A DNA stretch of 47,548 bases from the NCBI GenBank assembly GCA_016181845.1, contig JACOYO010000007.1, positions 1-47,548 of the forward strand, read 5' to 3'. The DNA comes from Parcubacteria group bacterium (lineage in GTDB: Bacteria; Patescibacteriota; Minisyncoccia; Phycocordibacterales; 21-14-all-47-15). This document shows, one piece after another, positions 1 to 8,773 of this stretch; the first letter of the stretch is position 1, and every line of letters starts with the position of its first letter. The notes under the pieces are model-generated. The model saw nothing but the letters and a program-made list of their open reading frames with translations. It was not told the origin of the DNA and searched no databases. Made by a program: the position numbers and the translations under genes.

Positions 1-1
1 A

Positions 2-184
2 ACCACATCTACCACCACCACTCCGATGGTTGACACATCAACACCAACCACTGCCACTTCAACAACAACCACTGTTACCACCACGCCGGAGACTGCCACC
101 TCAACGCCGGAAACTATACAGGCAACCACTTCAACCACTACAACGTCTACCACAACTACATCAACCGCAACCTCTACAGAATAG
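2..184 (+). CDS. 3' end of a gene with a Thr/Ser-rich low-complexity tail (partial)
   Basis: Open frame from base 2 reads TTSTTTTPMVDTSTPTTATSTTT...TATSTE and stops at TAG 182-184; the start lies outside the window. Confidence 0.75.
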   Translation, partial: TTSTTTTPMVDTSTPTTATSTTTTVTTTPETATSTPETIQATTSTTTTSTTTTSTATSTE

Positions 185-213
185 TAAGTTGTTATAACAG
201 CTAACTAACCACT

Positions 214-951
214 TTGGAAGAATTCAATACAAACATAGAAAAATTTCTTCCGTATTTGGAAGATTTACGTCGCCGATTGTTTCGCGTAGTAATCATATTC
301 GCCATATTCTTCGTGGTCGGTTTTTTCTTTGCCGGAACGATTCTTAAAAAAATATTGAGCTTTATTCACATCGATCAGGTCACCATCGCCGCCTCTTCAC
401 CGTTTCAATTTATCGATGTGGCGATGAATTTCGGATTTTTCTCTGCGATTATAGTTTGTATTCCATATATAATTTATAGCTTTTATGTCTTCATCATACC
501 CGCTTTAACTAAAACCGAGCGGATAAAATTATTAAGATCAATTCCTTTAAGTATCGGTCTTTTCATCGTCGGATTTTCTTATGGGTTTTTTGTTCTTAAC
601 TATGCTTTAGAATTATTGGCGTCCATCAACATCAGTTTAGGGGTTGCCAATTTTTGGAATATCGGTCAATTTTTGTCACAAATATTTATCACTTCCGCGT
701 TGTTGGGATTGGTCTTTGAATTTCCCGCCCTCTTGACCCTACTTATAAAGTTGGGTATAATTACTCCTCAAACCCTCAAGGACTATCGGCGTGTAGCTTA
801 TTTATTAATGTTTTTTTTGACTGCTTTACTTCCGCCAACGGACATTTTATCATTAATAGCAATGGTATTACCGCTTGTGTTGTTGTATGAAGCGACTATA
901 TTATTAAATAAGGATAAATATCATGTTTGGACATTAGAATCTCATAAGTAG
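214..951 (+). CDS. tatC: Twin-arginine translocase subunit TatC
   Basis: About six hydrophobic segments; TatC-like motifs YLEDLRRRL, FIIPALTKTER, FEFP, LKDYRR and PPTD..S; lies next to two tatA genes. Confidence 0.9.
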   Translation: MEEFNTNIEKFLPYLEDLRRRLFRVVIIFAIFFVVGFFFAGTILKKILSFIHIDQVTIAASSPFQFIDVAMNFGFFSAIIVCIPYIIYSFYVFIIPALTKTERIKLLRSIPLSIGLFIVGFSYGFFVLNYALELLASINISLGVANFWNIGQFLSQIFITSALLGLVFEFPALLTLLIKLGIITPQTLKDYRRVAYLLMFFLTALLPPTDILSLIAMVLPLVLLYEATILLNKDKYHVWTLESHK

Positions 952-1056
952 CAATTCTCATTTATCCACAATTGCTTTATAGACGAATAGAGCTCAACAA
1001 TGCTATTATACAAAGTGACGATTATTATTCAATAAGAATAAATACCATGTTTGGAC
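899..1056 (+). repeat. 34-bp imperfect direct repeat (899-932 / 1023-1056) of the tatC-end/tatA-start junction
   Basis: tattattaaataaggataaatatcatgtttggac vs tattattcaataagaataaataccatgtttggac (3 mismatches). Confidence 0.75.
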
Positions 1057-1220
1057 TAGGCACTAACGAAATAATCATTTTAGCCATTATCTTTGTTTTT
1101 CTTTTTGGTGCGAAAAAGATTCCGGAACTTGCTCGCAGTATTGGTGAGGCTGGAAAACAGCTAAGAAAAGGTTTTTCAGATGATGATGGAAAAGATAAAA
1201 AAGTGGACAAAACAAATTAA
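1047..1220 (+). CDS. tatA: TatA/E family translocase subunit (57 aa)
   Basis: MFGLGTNEIIILAIIFVFLFGAKKIPELARSIG: N-terminal TM helix, FG hinge and amphipathic helix. Start reassigned to ATG 1047. Confidence 0.92.
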   Translation: MFGLGTNEIIILAIIFVFLFGAKKIPELARSIGEAGKQLRKGFSDDDGKDKKVDKTN

Positions 1221-1279
1221 ATACCATATCATTAATTAAAAGGTCGACATCTTATTAAAGAATAAATAAATAAAATATT

Positions 1280-1429
1280 ATGTTTGGACTAGGAACTACT
1301 GAAATAATTGTTGTGGCCGGAATTCTCGTTTTGCTTTTTGGCTCAAAGAAGATTGCAGACCTTGCTCGTAGCGTCGCGGAGGCTGTGAAAATACTTAGGG
1401 GTAGTTTTTCTGATGATGAAAAAAAATAA
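1280..1429 (+). CDS. tatA: Second TatA/E family subunit (49 aa, below the ORF-track cutoff)
   Basis: Hand translation gives MFGLGTTEIIVVAGILVLLFGSKKIADLARSVAEAVKILRGSFSDDEKK*. Confidence 0.88.
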   Translation: MFGLGTTEIIVVAGILVLLFGSKKIADLARSVAEAVKILRGSFSDDEKK

Positions 1430-1471
1430 CGAAGACAAAGCTTCTCAAGCTTAAGTTTTAATTGATGAGGT

Positions 1472-2098
1472 ATGCAGGATTGGAAGCGTATTCTTTTGGT
1501 TGTTTTCGTATTGATTGGCGGCACGACGTCGTTTGCTTTTTGGTCATTCCAACAGTTTGATCATGTTTTTGATAATACTTTTGAAAACTTAAGCGCCTTT
1601 TACGTCGCAATTTCTCCACGTGTTCATGAACCATCATCCATTGCTACCACCACGACGGAGATTGCCACCTCAACACCAACCACTTCCTCCGATCAAGACA
1701 ATGAGCAAGACAATATAGATCCAAAGTTTCAGCTTGTTTTTTTACCGAAACCAAAAGGAGAGGATGTTTATATTGGTTGTACCTACGAAATTTCCTGGTT
1801 AGCCTCAACAACAATAAAGTCTCTAGAAACCGTTCTCATTGACGCCGGCACGCGTAAACCGACCGGCCCAATAACAAGCGGATTGGACAAGGAAAACAAT
1901 ATAGAAGCTGATTCACAAAGTTTGCAATGGAAAGTGGGGGTAGCTTGGCCGGGTGAATATTTTATTTCAATATCAAATGTAAATGGCACGACAACAGATG
2001 AAAGAAGTCGGAAATTTATAATAAACGAGATGCCTAATGGAGCGAATAAAAAAGAACAAAAAATCTTATGTAAAGAAACTGGTGGTAATTTATTTTGA
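1472..2098 (+). CDS. Membrane-anchored hypothetical protein with Thr-rich linker and beta-rich C-terminal domain
   Basis: N-terminal TM helix, IATTTTEIATSTPTT linker, then YEISW...WKVG..PGEYFISI. Confidence 0.7.
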   Translation: MQDWKRILLVVFVLIGGTTSFAFWSFQQFDHVFDNTFENLSAFYVAISPRVHEPSSIATTTTEIATSTPTTSSDQDNEQDNIDPKFQLVFLPKPKGEDVYIGCTYEISWLASTTIKSLETVLIDAGTRKPTGPITSGLDKENNIEADSQSLQWKVGVAWPGEYFISISNVNGTTTDERSRKFIINEMPNGANKKEQKILCKETGGNLF

Positions 2099-2170
2099 TT
2101 AACATTTAAATAAAGTAGAATTTTTACCAGCTTGTTACTATTCTGATTTATAGCCCGCCCTGAAAAATTT

Positions 2171-2205
2171 CCGTCAGCTCCGCGTTGCGCGGCGCGGCGG
2201 TTTTT
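2171..2205 (+). terminator. Probable intrinsic terminator
   Basis: GC-rich hairpin (core ccgcg-ttg-cgcgg) followed by a T run. Confidence 0.5.
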
Positions 2206-2331
2206 ATTGGCATTGGTTATGAATTTTTGATAAAGTAAGTTTGAGTGAAGTTGAAAGATACTCCAAAATATAAAGACTTGCCAAAACGCACCAATACGTT
2301 GTGCGTTATTTTTGTGTTATAATAAAAGTAT

Positions 2332-5070
2332 ATGGAACACATTCCCCAGAAAGTGTTCAAGGCAAGTGTTTTTGCCATAGATGTAATCGCAGAAGGAATT
2401 AAAAAAATCACTTTTAAGATAAACGGGCCGTTTTCTTTTTTGGCTGGACAGTATGTGTGGGTTGAGATTCCGGAATTAAAAGTGAAAGACGCGAGAGGCA
2501 ATCGAAGAGCGTTTTCAATCTGCAATATCAAAAATCAAGAAAACACTGTCTCCATTGTTACGAGAATCAGTACGAGCGGTTTCAAGCAAACATTATTTGC
2601 GCTTGACCCGGGCGATGAAGTGAACATACACGGGCCGTTTGGCAGTGCTTTTGTTCTCCGCAATCACAAAGCAAAAGAAAGAAATATTATCATGGTGGCG
2701 GAGGGCTCCTGCATAACCCCGTTTTTGGCGACTATTGAGAGGATTAAAGCGGATGCTTTGCAGGTCAATATTTTTTTAGCGTATCTCAATACTAAAAAAG
2801 AAACGGCACCTTTCCTGAAAGAACTTGAAGCGTTTAAGAACAGCAATAGTTTTTTTGATTATCTGGTGATATATGAGCCATTTTCTTGGGATTGCGTGAA
2901 AGGAGCGTATGGCAAGCTTGGCCACCATACGGAATGGTGGATTTCCGGTTTGCAGACAACGGTGGATTTTGTGTATGAGATTTTGGAAAAACACGGCGTC
3001 TCTATGCTTGATATGGCGTTTGAGCATTATTATCCGACTCACAAAGATACTCTGACTCTCGGGCAAATAAAAGAACAGCTTGAAAGCGGAGGATTATGCG
3101 CGCAGGTGATTCAAAATGCAAACAACCATACGATTATCACCGATGTGAACGGCGTCATATTGTTTGCCAACAAAGCGGCAGAGCTCGCGACCGGCTATTC
3201 GCAGGAGGAACTTTTGGGGCATACCCCGCGGCTTTGGGGCGGATTGATGAGCCCCGAATTTTATAAAGATTTTTGGTCTCGGAAAAAATCGGAGCGGTTT
3301 TTTGAGACAGAGCTTGTCAATCGGCATAAAAGCGGGAAACTCTACTACGCAACCGTGTATATTACGCAGATTGTAAATGACGCAAAAGAGCTTATCGGAT
3401 ACATCGGCATGGAAAAAGATATTTCCAAGAAAGTTGAAATGGAAGAAAGAATTCTCCTCCAATATGATTTGATATCAAAACTTTCTCTGGGAACATTTGG
3501 TCTGGCGTCGGTTAAAACAATGATTGAAATGATTGCGAAAGGGCTCCATTGGGATTTTTGCTCAATATGGATTCCGTCCTCCGACGGCAACAATGTGCGC
3601 AATATACATACGTGGAGCCGCGCGCCGGAGAAGCATGTCTCTTTTGAAAAATGCACTAAAAATGAAGTATTAAAAAAAGGAATCGGGTTGCCCGGCAGAG
3701 TATACGCGAATTGCACATCAGAGTGGATACTTGATGTGGTGTCTGATAAAAATTTTCCGAGAGCAAAATGCGCCAAAGAGGCCGGGCTACGCACCGGATT
3801 TGCTTTCCCCGTGTATGAAGGCGAACGCGTATACGCGATTTTTGAATTTTTTTCCGAAGAGATGTCGCCCGAGGATGAATATTTGCTCAAGACATACTAT
3901 CTCATCGGGCATCAGATCGGTCAGCATTTTCTCAAGGAAGAACAAGATGTGGAATTGAAATCGCTTCTGAAACGTTTTAATTTGGCGACAAAGTCAGCGC
4001 ATATCGGCGTGTGGGAGTGGAACTTTGAAAAAGACAAGTTGTACTGGGATGACAACATGTACCTTTTGTTTGGTATTGATAAAAAAGATATTGGCGAGGA
4101 TGCGCCTCTCTCGGCTCTTAGAAAAAAGGCGATTCATCCGGCAGATTTTGAAAGAGTTGAGAAAGAAGAAGCGCTGGGGGTTGAAGAGAATAAAAATCTT
4201 GATACGACATTTCGGGTGATATGGAAAGACGGCTCACTGCACTACCTGCGCGCGTTTGGGCTCGTGGAAAAAGATAGTTTTGGCAAGCCCGCAAACTTTA
4301 TCGGCGTAAATTGGGATGTGACCAAAGAAAAAGAAGCCGACCGCATAAAGTCTGAATTTATTTCACTCGCCAGCCATCAGCTGCGCACGCCGCTCACCGG
4401 CATTGAGTGGACCGCCGAACTCTTTTCAAAGAAAGAAACATTGACGGAGACTGGGAAAAAGTATCTCCGCGACATATCTTTTTCCGCCAAGCGGCTTTCA
4501 ACTCTCGTGCGGCTACTTTTGGATGTATCGCGCATAGAGGGCGGGAATATCGGTGTTTCTCCGGAGCCGATTGAATTGGTCTCATTTATAAAAGAACATC
4601 TTGAGCATATGCAAGTACTTTGCGCGAAAAAAGGGCTCACCTGTTTTTTTGCAAAAGAGAAACCTGAAAAGTGTCTGATTACCACCGATAAAAATCTTCT
4701 GGGATACATTGTGCAAAATATCATTTCAAACGGCGTTGAATACACGAACGCTGGAGGAAATGTAGTCGTTTCTCTGGAAGCAAAGCCGGATAGAGTATGT
4801 ATCAAGGTGCAAGATACCGGTATCGGGATACCAAAAAAAGAGCTCGGGCGTGTTTTTGAAAAGTTTTTCCGCGCGTCAAATGCGACCGCCGTGAAGCCGG
4901 ACGGCACCGGACTCGGTCTCTACATTGTTTCTGAAGCGGTAAAATTGCTTGGCGGCGCGGTACGAGCTGAATCGGAGGAGGGGAAAGGGTCCATATTTTT
5001 TGTAGAGCTCCCTTGGGCGATAGCGTCTCATGCCGGAGAAAAGAAACTCACACAAGAATTTCCATTGTAG
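2332..5070 (+). CDS. Cytoplasmic sensor histidine kinase: ferredoxin-reductase-like FAD/NAD(P) domain + PAS + GAF + PAS + HisKA/HATPase
   Basis: FLAGQYVWV, RAFSI, GPFG (FNR family); IITDVNGVILFANKA (PAS); GIGLPGRVY...GFAFPV (GAF); GVWEWN...IHPADF (PAS_3); SHQLRTPL, NGVEYT, DTGIGIP, GTGLGL (kinase boxes). Confidence 0.9.
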   Translation: MEHIPQKVFKASVFAIDVIAEGIKKITFKINGPFSFLAGQYVWVEIPELKVKDARGNRRAFSICNIKNQENTVSIVTRISTSGFKQTLFALDPGDEVNIHGPFGSAFVLRNHKAKERNIIMVAEGSCITPFLATIERIKADALQVNIFLAYLNTKKETAPFLKELEAFKNSNSFFDYLVIYEPFSWDCVKGAYGKLGHHTEWWISGLQTTVDFVYEILEKHGVSMLDMAFEHYYPTHKDTLTLGQIKEQLESGGLCAQVIQNANNHTIITDVNGVILFANKAAELATGYSQEELLGHTPRLWGGLMSPEFYKDFWSRKKSERFFETELVNRHKSGKLYYATVYITQIVNDAKELIGYIGMEKDISKKVEMEERILLQYDLISKLSLGTFGLASVKTMIEMIAKGLHWDFCSIWIPSSDGNNVRNIHTWSRAPEKHVSFEKCTKNEVLKKGIGLPGRVYANCTSEWILDVVSDKNFPRAKCAKEAGLRTGFAFPVYEGERVYAIFEFFSEEMSPEDEYLLKTYYLIGHQIGQHFLKEEQDVELKSLLKRFNLATKSAHIGVWEWNFEKDKLYWDDNMYLLFGIDKKDIGEDAPLSALRKKAIHPADFERVEKEEALGVEENKNLDTTFRVIWKDGSLHYLRAFGLVEKDSFGKPANFIGVNWDVTKEKEADRIKSEFISLASHQLRTPLTGIEWTAELFSKKETLTETGKKYLRDISFSAKRLSTLVRLLLDVSRIEGGNIGVSPEPIELVSFIKEHLEHMQVLCAKKGLTCFFAKEKPEKCLITTDKNLLGYIVQNIISNGVEYTNAGGNVVVSLEAKPDRVCIKVQDTGIGIPKKELGRVFEKFFRASNATAVKPDGTGLGLYIVSEAVKLLGGAVRAESEEGKGSIFFVELPWAIASHAGEKKLTQEFPL

Positions 5071-5147
5071 GCATGAGCGGGTGTTGTTTGGTTCCTTTTT
5101 TATAAAAATCATTGTAGAATTAGAATTATAGAATAAAGAAAACTAAT

Positions 5148-5534
5148 ATGAATTACGCTCGCCACTTGATAGCCCTCATTGAAGACGACAGAGTGCTTTC
5201 AGATGCCATATATACAGGATTAACTGATGCAGGTTTTACGGTTGAAAGAGCTTTTGACGGGGAAAGCGGGCTTGCAATGGTATTATCAAAAAAGCCGTCG
5301 CTTGTATTGCTTGATATTTTAATGCCGAAAATGGACGGTCTCGCGGTAGCGGAGAAGATTAAAAATAATCCGGAAACAAAAAAAATTCCCATCATCATTC
5401 TCACCGTTCTTGAAAATGCAAAGCCAGTCGCAAAGGCGCTTGATTTGGGCGTACATGAATATTTTATAAAATCAGATTTCAAGGTTGATGATATTGTAAA
5501 CCGTGTCAAGGAACATTTTAACGAAAGCAATTAG
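5148..5534 (+). CDS. Single-domain response regulator (CheY-like)
   Basis: IEDD, LLDILMP, IIILT and FIKS receiver motifs; no output domain. Confidence 0.92.
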   Translation: MNYARHLIALIEDDRVLSDAIYTGLTDAGFTVERAFDGESGLAMVLSKKPSLVLLDILMPKMDGLAVAEKIKNNPETKKIPIIILTVLENAKPVAKALDLGVHEYFIKSDFKVDDIVNRVKEHFNESN

Positions 5535-5538
5535 CCCC

Positions 5539-5934
5539 ATGAACAAACAAAAAATAATCATCATAGAGGATGATGAAATCCTCTCCAAGGCTCTCTCTAC
5601 CGACCTTGCCGATGCTGGCTTTGACGTTTTGCCGGCATTTGACGGCGAATCGGGTTTAAAATTGGTCCGCTCTGAAAAGCCGGATTTGGTTTTGCTTGAC
5701 CTCGTGCTTCCAAAAAAACATGGATTGGAAATACTTGAAGAAATGAAAAAAATGCCCGATACGCGCGGCATTCCGGTCATCATTCTCACTTTTCTTGGGG
5801 ATGATGAGACTATCAAAAAGAGTCTCCGTCTCGGGGCGGAAGATTATTTGGTCAAATCAAGCCATGCGCTCGCGGAGATTGTGGAGCGGGTCAAGAATTT
5901 TTTTGCGCAAGAAGGGCATTCAAAGGTTCAGTAA
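5539..5934 (+). CDS. Second single-domain response regulator (CheY-like)
   Basis: IEDD, LLDLVLP, VIILT and LVKS motifs. Start reassigned to ATG 5539. Confidence 0.92.
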   Translation: MNKQKIIIIEDDEILSKALSTDLADAGFDVLPAFDGESGLKLVRSEKPDLVLLDLVLPKKHGLEILEEMKKMPDTRGIPVIILTFLGDDETIKKSLRLGAEDYLVKSSHALAEIVERVKNFFAQEGHSKVQ

Positions 5935-5937
5935 ATA

Positions 5938-6100
5938 ACTTTGAATTTTGTGAATTATAAACTCTTCCTCATCATGGTTTTTGATAGACGCGCATAATCC
6001 CGCTTGCGAGCGGGATTTGCTATGCTCCCCCGACAGTATCGTCGGGGTCCGCAATGTCTCTCAAAAACCATGATTCAGAAGGAGCCACATAATTCAAAGT
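5938..6100. mobile_element. MITE-like structured repeat, copy 1
   Basis: Terminal IR actttgaatt(t/a)tgtg; long inner stem atcatggtttttgatagac/gtctctcaaaaaccatgat; core gctcccccgac-N6-gtcggggtccgc shared with the copies at 12612 and 28578. Confidence 0.7.
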
Positions 6101-6102
6101 AG

Positions 6103-8769
6103 ATGAATACAAAACCAATAATTTTATTACTGCTTTTGGTCATTCTGCCTATGAGCGTTTTTGCCGCGGAAGCGACGATTGACGCGTCTATTCATACCAC
6201 GCTCACTTCTCACAACGGCAGTTCGCCGACATCGGTATTCATTTCGGACCAAGTTGGTTATGCGTTTTTTCGCGACTCTGCAGGTTCGTGCGCGTATAGC
6301 AAAACCACTGACGGCGGCGGCACTTGGGGAGCGGCAGTTACGGTAGATGCCCAGACCGACTGCTTGAAAATTGCCGTTTGGTACGACCGGTGGACTCCAG
6401 ATGACAGCACCGGCACTAACATTCATATCGCAACTCTGGATACGGGAGATTTATGGTACACAAAACTTGATACTTCAAACGATACGCTTACTGCCACGGT
6501 GAATGCGAGCGGAGCAAATCAAGGGGGCGGGTTTGTCGTGGGGGCAAATATTCCTTCAATTACCAAAGGGACAGACGGCGACCTCTATATGGGGGTGCAA
6601 GATGCCGGAGATTCTTTTGTGATAAAGTGCCTCACTTCAGCAGATTGCACGCAAGCGGTTAATTGGGCTGAAGCCGGCACGAATCCTTTTGACCTCGCTA
6701 TTGATTGGCTGATACTCATGCCGCTCTCGGGAGGAAATATATTGGCTATTCGCTCTGATATATCTGCGGATGATGTCCAGTCAAAAGTATATACTGATTC
6801 ATCAAATACTTGGGATGTGGCTTGGACAACTATTGATGTAAATGCCATAGAAAATGGCACATACGACGCGCATTTCGGTGCGACCATTAGAAAAGGAACG
6901 GGAGATATTTATCTGGCATACGCGACTGATGTTGCCACGTTCGGCACTGATGACGATATCCGCACCGCTGTATATTCAGCAGGCGCGTGGACGTCTAAGA
7001 CCGATGTTTTGACGAACGATACCAAAGGTATCACCGGTGTAAAAATCAGCTTTGATGAAAATACAAATGAGATTTACGCGGTGTACACTGCGCGCACTAC
7101 GCCGGGCACGGCGGTAAGCGGCAATGTATATTGGAAAAAATCCGCAGATGGCATGGCTTCGTGGGGGTCAGAACAAGGACCGATAAACACTACCGCCGGT
7201 GATATTTACGGAGCGCGAGTGAATGCTATGTCTGATGAACGAATTTATGCGACTTGGGATTTGGCTTCTCTTGACGACCTTATCGGAAATACTATTGCTG
7301 ACATTTCACCATCTGACACTACCGCGCCTGCAGCCGTTTCCGACCTGGCTCTTTCTAGTCCTTCAAACAGCGCAATGACGGTTTCCTGGACAGCCACCGG
7401 AGATGACGGCTCTACCGGCACGGCTACGAGCTATGATTTGAGATATTCTACTTCGGCGATTACTTCCGATAATTTTAGTTCCGCGACGCAAGTTTCCGGA
7501 GAGCCAGCGCCGTCATCATCCGGCAGTGCAGAATCCATGAGCGTTACCGGGCTATCGCCTTCTACGACATATTTTTTTGCTATCAAAACATCCGATGAGG
7601 TTCCGAACACTTCCGCGATTTCAAATGTGCCGAGTTTGGCGACGACGGCAACTCCCGACACAACTGCTCCTGCGGCGGTCAGTGATTTAGCGGCTTCAAG
7701 CCCGACTGCATCATCTCTGGCGGTTTCATGGACTGCTCCAGGCGATGATAATAATATAGGCACCGCGACTTCTTACGATTTGCGTTATTCCACTGCCGCT
7801 ATTACCGATGGCAATTTCTCTTCCGCAACACAAGTTTCCGGTGAGCCAGCGCCATTAGTGGCCGGCGCAAGCCAATCAATGACGGTTACCGGGCTTTCCG
7901 CAAACACTACATATTATTTCGCCCTTAAAACATCCGATGAGGTTCCGAACACTTCCGCGATTTCAAATGTGCCGAGCGGCACCACGAGTGACGGGTCATC
8001 AATTTCAATTCCAGTAAGCGCGAGCGGGGGTTCCAGAGTTGACCCGACAAGAGTCGTGTTTTCAGGTCAAGCATATCCTGGGGCAACTATTGAAGTTTTG
8101 CGTAAAAGCGCGATTGATTTGATTTATAAGAATACTCCGATTAAAACTTCAGAAATAAAAGCTGACGGGAGTTTCATGATTACATCCACGGCGCTTCTTC
8201 AGGGAGAGTATCTTTTTGCATTGCTTGCGAAAGACAAAGACGGCAGAAAGACAGGAGTGGTCGCGTTTAACGTGGATTTGGCGGCAAATAATATATTGGA
8301 AGCAAAAGATATTTTTTTGCCCCCCACGCTTGATTTTGGAAAAACGGTCATTGTCTTGGGGAAAGACCTAAAGATTCTTGGATATGCTACGCCGGAAAAA
8401 AAGATTGAAATTGAAATTGATGGTATACTAAAAGGAGAGGCAACATCAGATGCAAATGGTTTCTGGTCTTTTGCAACAAGCACCGCGTCTTTCAGAACAG
8501 GAAATCATTACGCGAGAGCAAGACAAATAAAAGAAAACGGCAAAGAAAGCGAATTTTCACCGTCGCGCGCGTTCCGTGTTTCTATTCTTCTGTCGCCGAA
8601 GTCAGATTTAAACAATGACGATAAAATTACCATTGCCGATTGGAGTATTTTTCTTTTCCGGTGGGGCTCAAAAGACAGCATGTTGAGAGGAAAAATTGAC
8701 ATGAACGATGACGGGAACATTGATATTAGAGACTTAAGCATTTTTTTAAAAACATTAAAAACGCTGTAA
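6103..8769 (+). CDS. Secreted surface protein: BNR/Asp-box-like N-terminal region, two FN3 repeats, Ig-like domains, C-terminal dockerin-like domain
   Basis: Signal peptide; KTTDGGGTW and KSADGMASW Asp-boxes; two 114-aa DTTAPAAVSDL...YDLRYST repeats; DLNNDDKITIAD and DMNDDGNIDIRD dockerin/EF-hand loops. Confidence 0.8.
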   Translation: MNTKPIILLLLLVILPMSVFAAEATIDASIHTTLTSHNGSSPTSVFISDQVGYAFFRDSAGSCAYSKTTDGGGTWGAAVTVDAQTDCLKIAVWYDRWTPDDSTGTNIHIATLDTGDLWYTKLDTSNDTLTATVNASGANQGGGFVVGANIPSITKGTDGDLYMGVQDAGDSFVIKCLTSADCTQAVNWAEAGTNPFDLAIDWLILMPLSGGNILAIRSDISADDVQSKVYTDSSNTWDVAWTTIDVNAIENGTYDAHFGATIRKGTGDIYLAYATDVATFGTDDDIRTAVYSAGAWTSKTDVLTNDTKGITGVKISFDENTNEIYAVYTARTTPGTAVSGNVYWKKSADGMASWGSEQGPINTTAGDIYGARVNAMSDERIYATWDLASLDDLIGNTIADISPSDTTAPAAVSDLALSSPSNSAMTVSWTATGDDGSTGTATSYDLRYSTSAITSDNFSSATQVSGEPAPSSSGSAESMSVTGLSPSTTYFFAIKTSDEVPNTSAISNVPSLATTATPDTTAPAAVSDLAASSPTASSLAVSWTAPGDDNNIGTATSYDLRYSTAAITDGNFSSATQVSGEPAPLVAGASQSMTVTGLSANTTYYFALKTSDEVPNTSAISNVPSGTTSDGSSISIPVSASGGSRVDPTRVVFSGQAYPGATIEVLRKSAIDLIYKNTPIKTSEIKADGSFMITSTALLQGEYLFALLAKDKDGRKTGVVAFNVDLAANNILEAKDIFLPPTLDFGKTVIVLGKDLKILGYATPEKKIEIEIDGILKGEATSDANGFWSFATSTASFRTGNHYARARQIKENGKESEFSPSRAFRVSILLSPKSDLNNDDKITIADWSIFLFRWGSKDSMLRGKIDMNDDGNIDIRDLSIFLKTLKTL
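7585..7976 (+). repeat. 50-bp identical segment in the two FN3 repeats (7585-7634 / 7927-7976)
   Basis: aaaacatccgatgaggttccgaacacttccgcgatttcaaatgtgccgag occurs twice, 342 bp apart. Confidence 0.85.
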
Positions 8770-8773
8770 CTAT

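Noticed and set aside
962-970. Perfect DnaA box TTATCCACA (another at 26411-26419)
   Set aside because: Isolated single boxes with no cluster and no dnaA nearby; not evidence of an origin.
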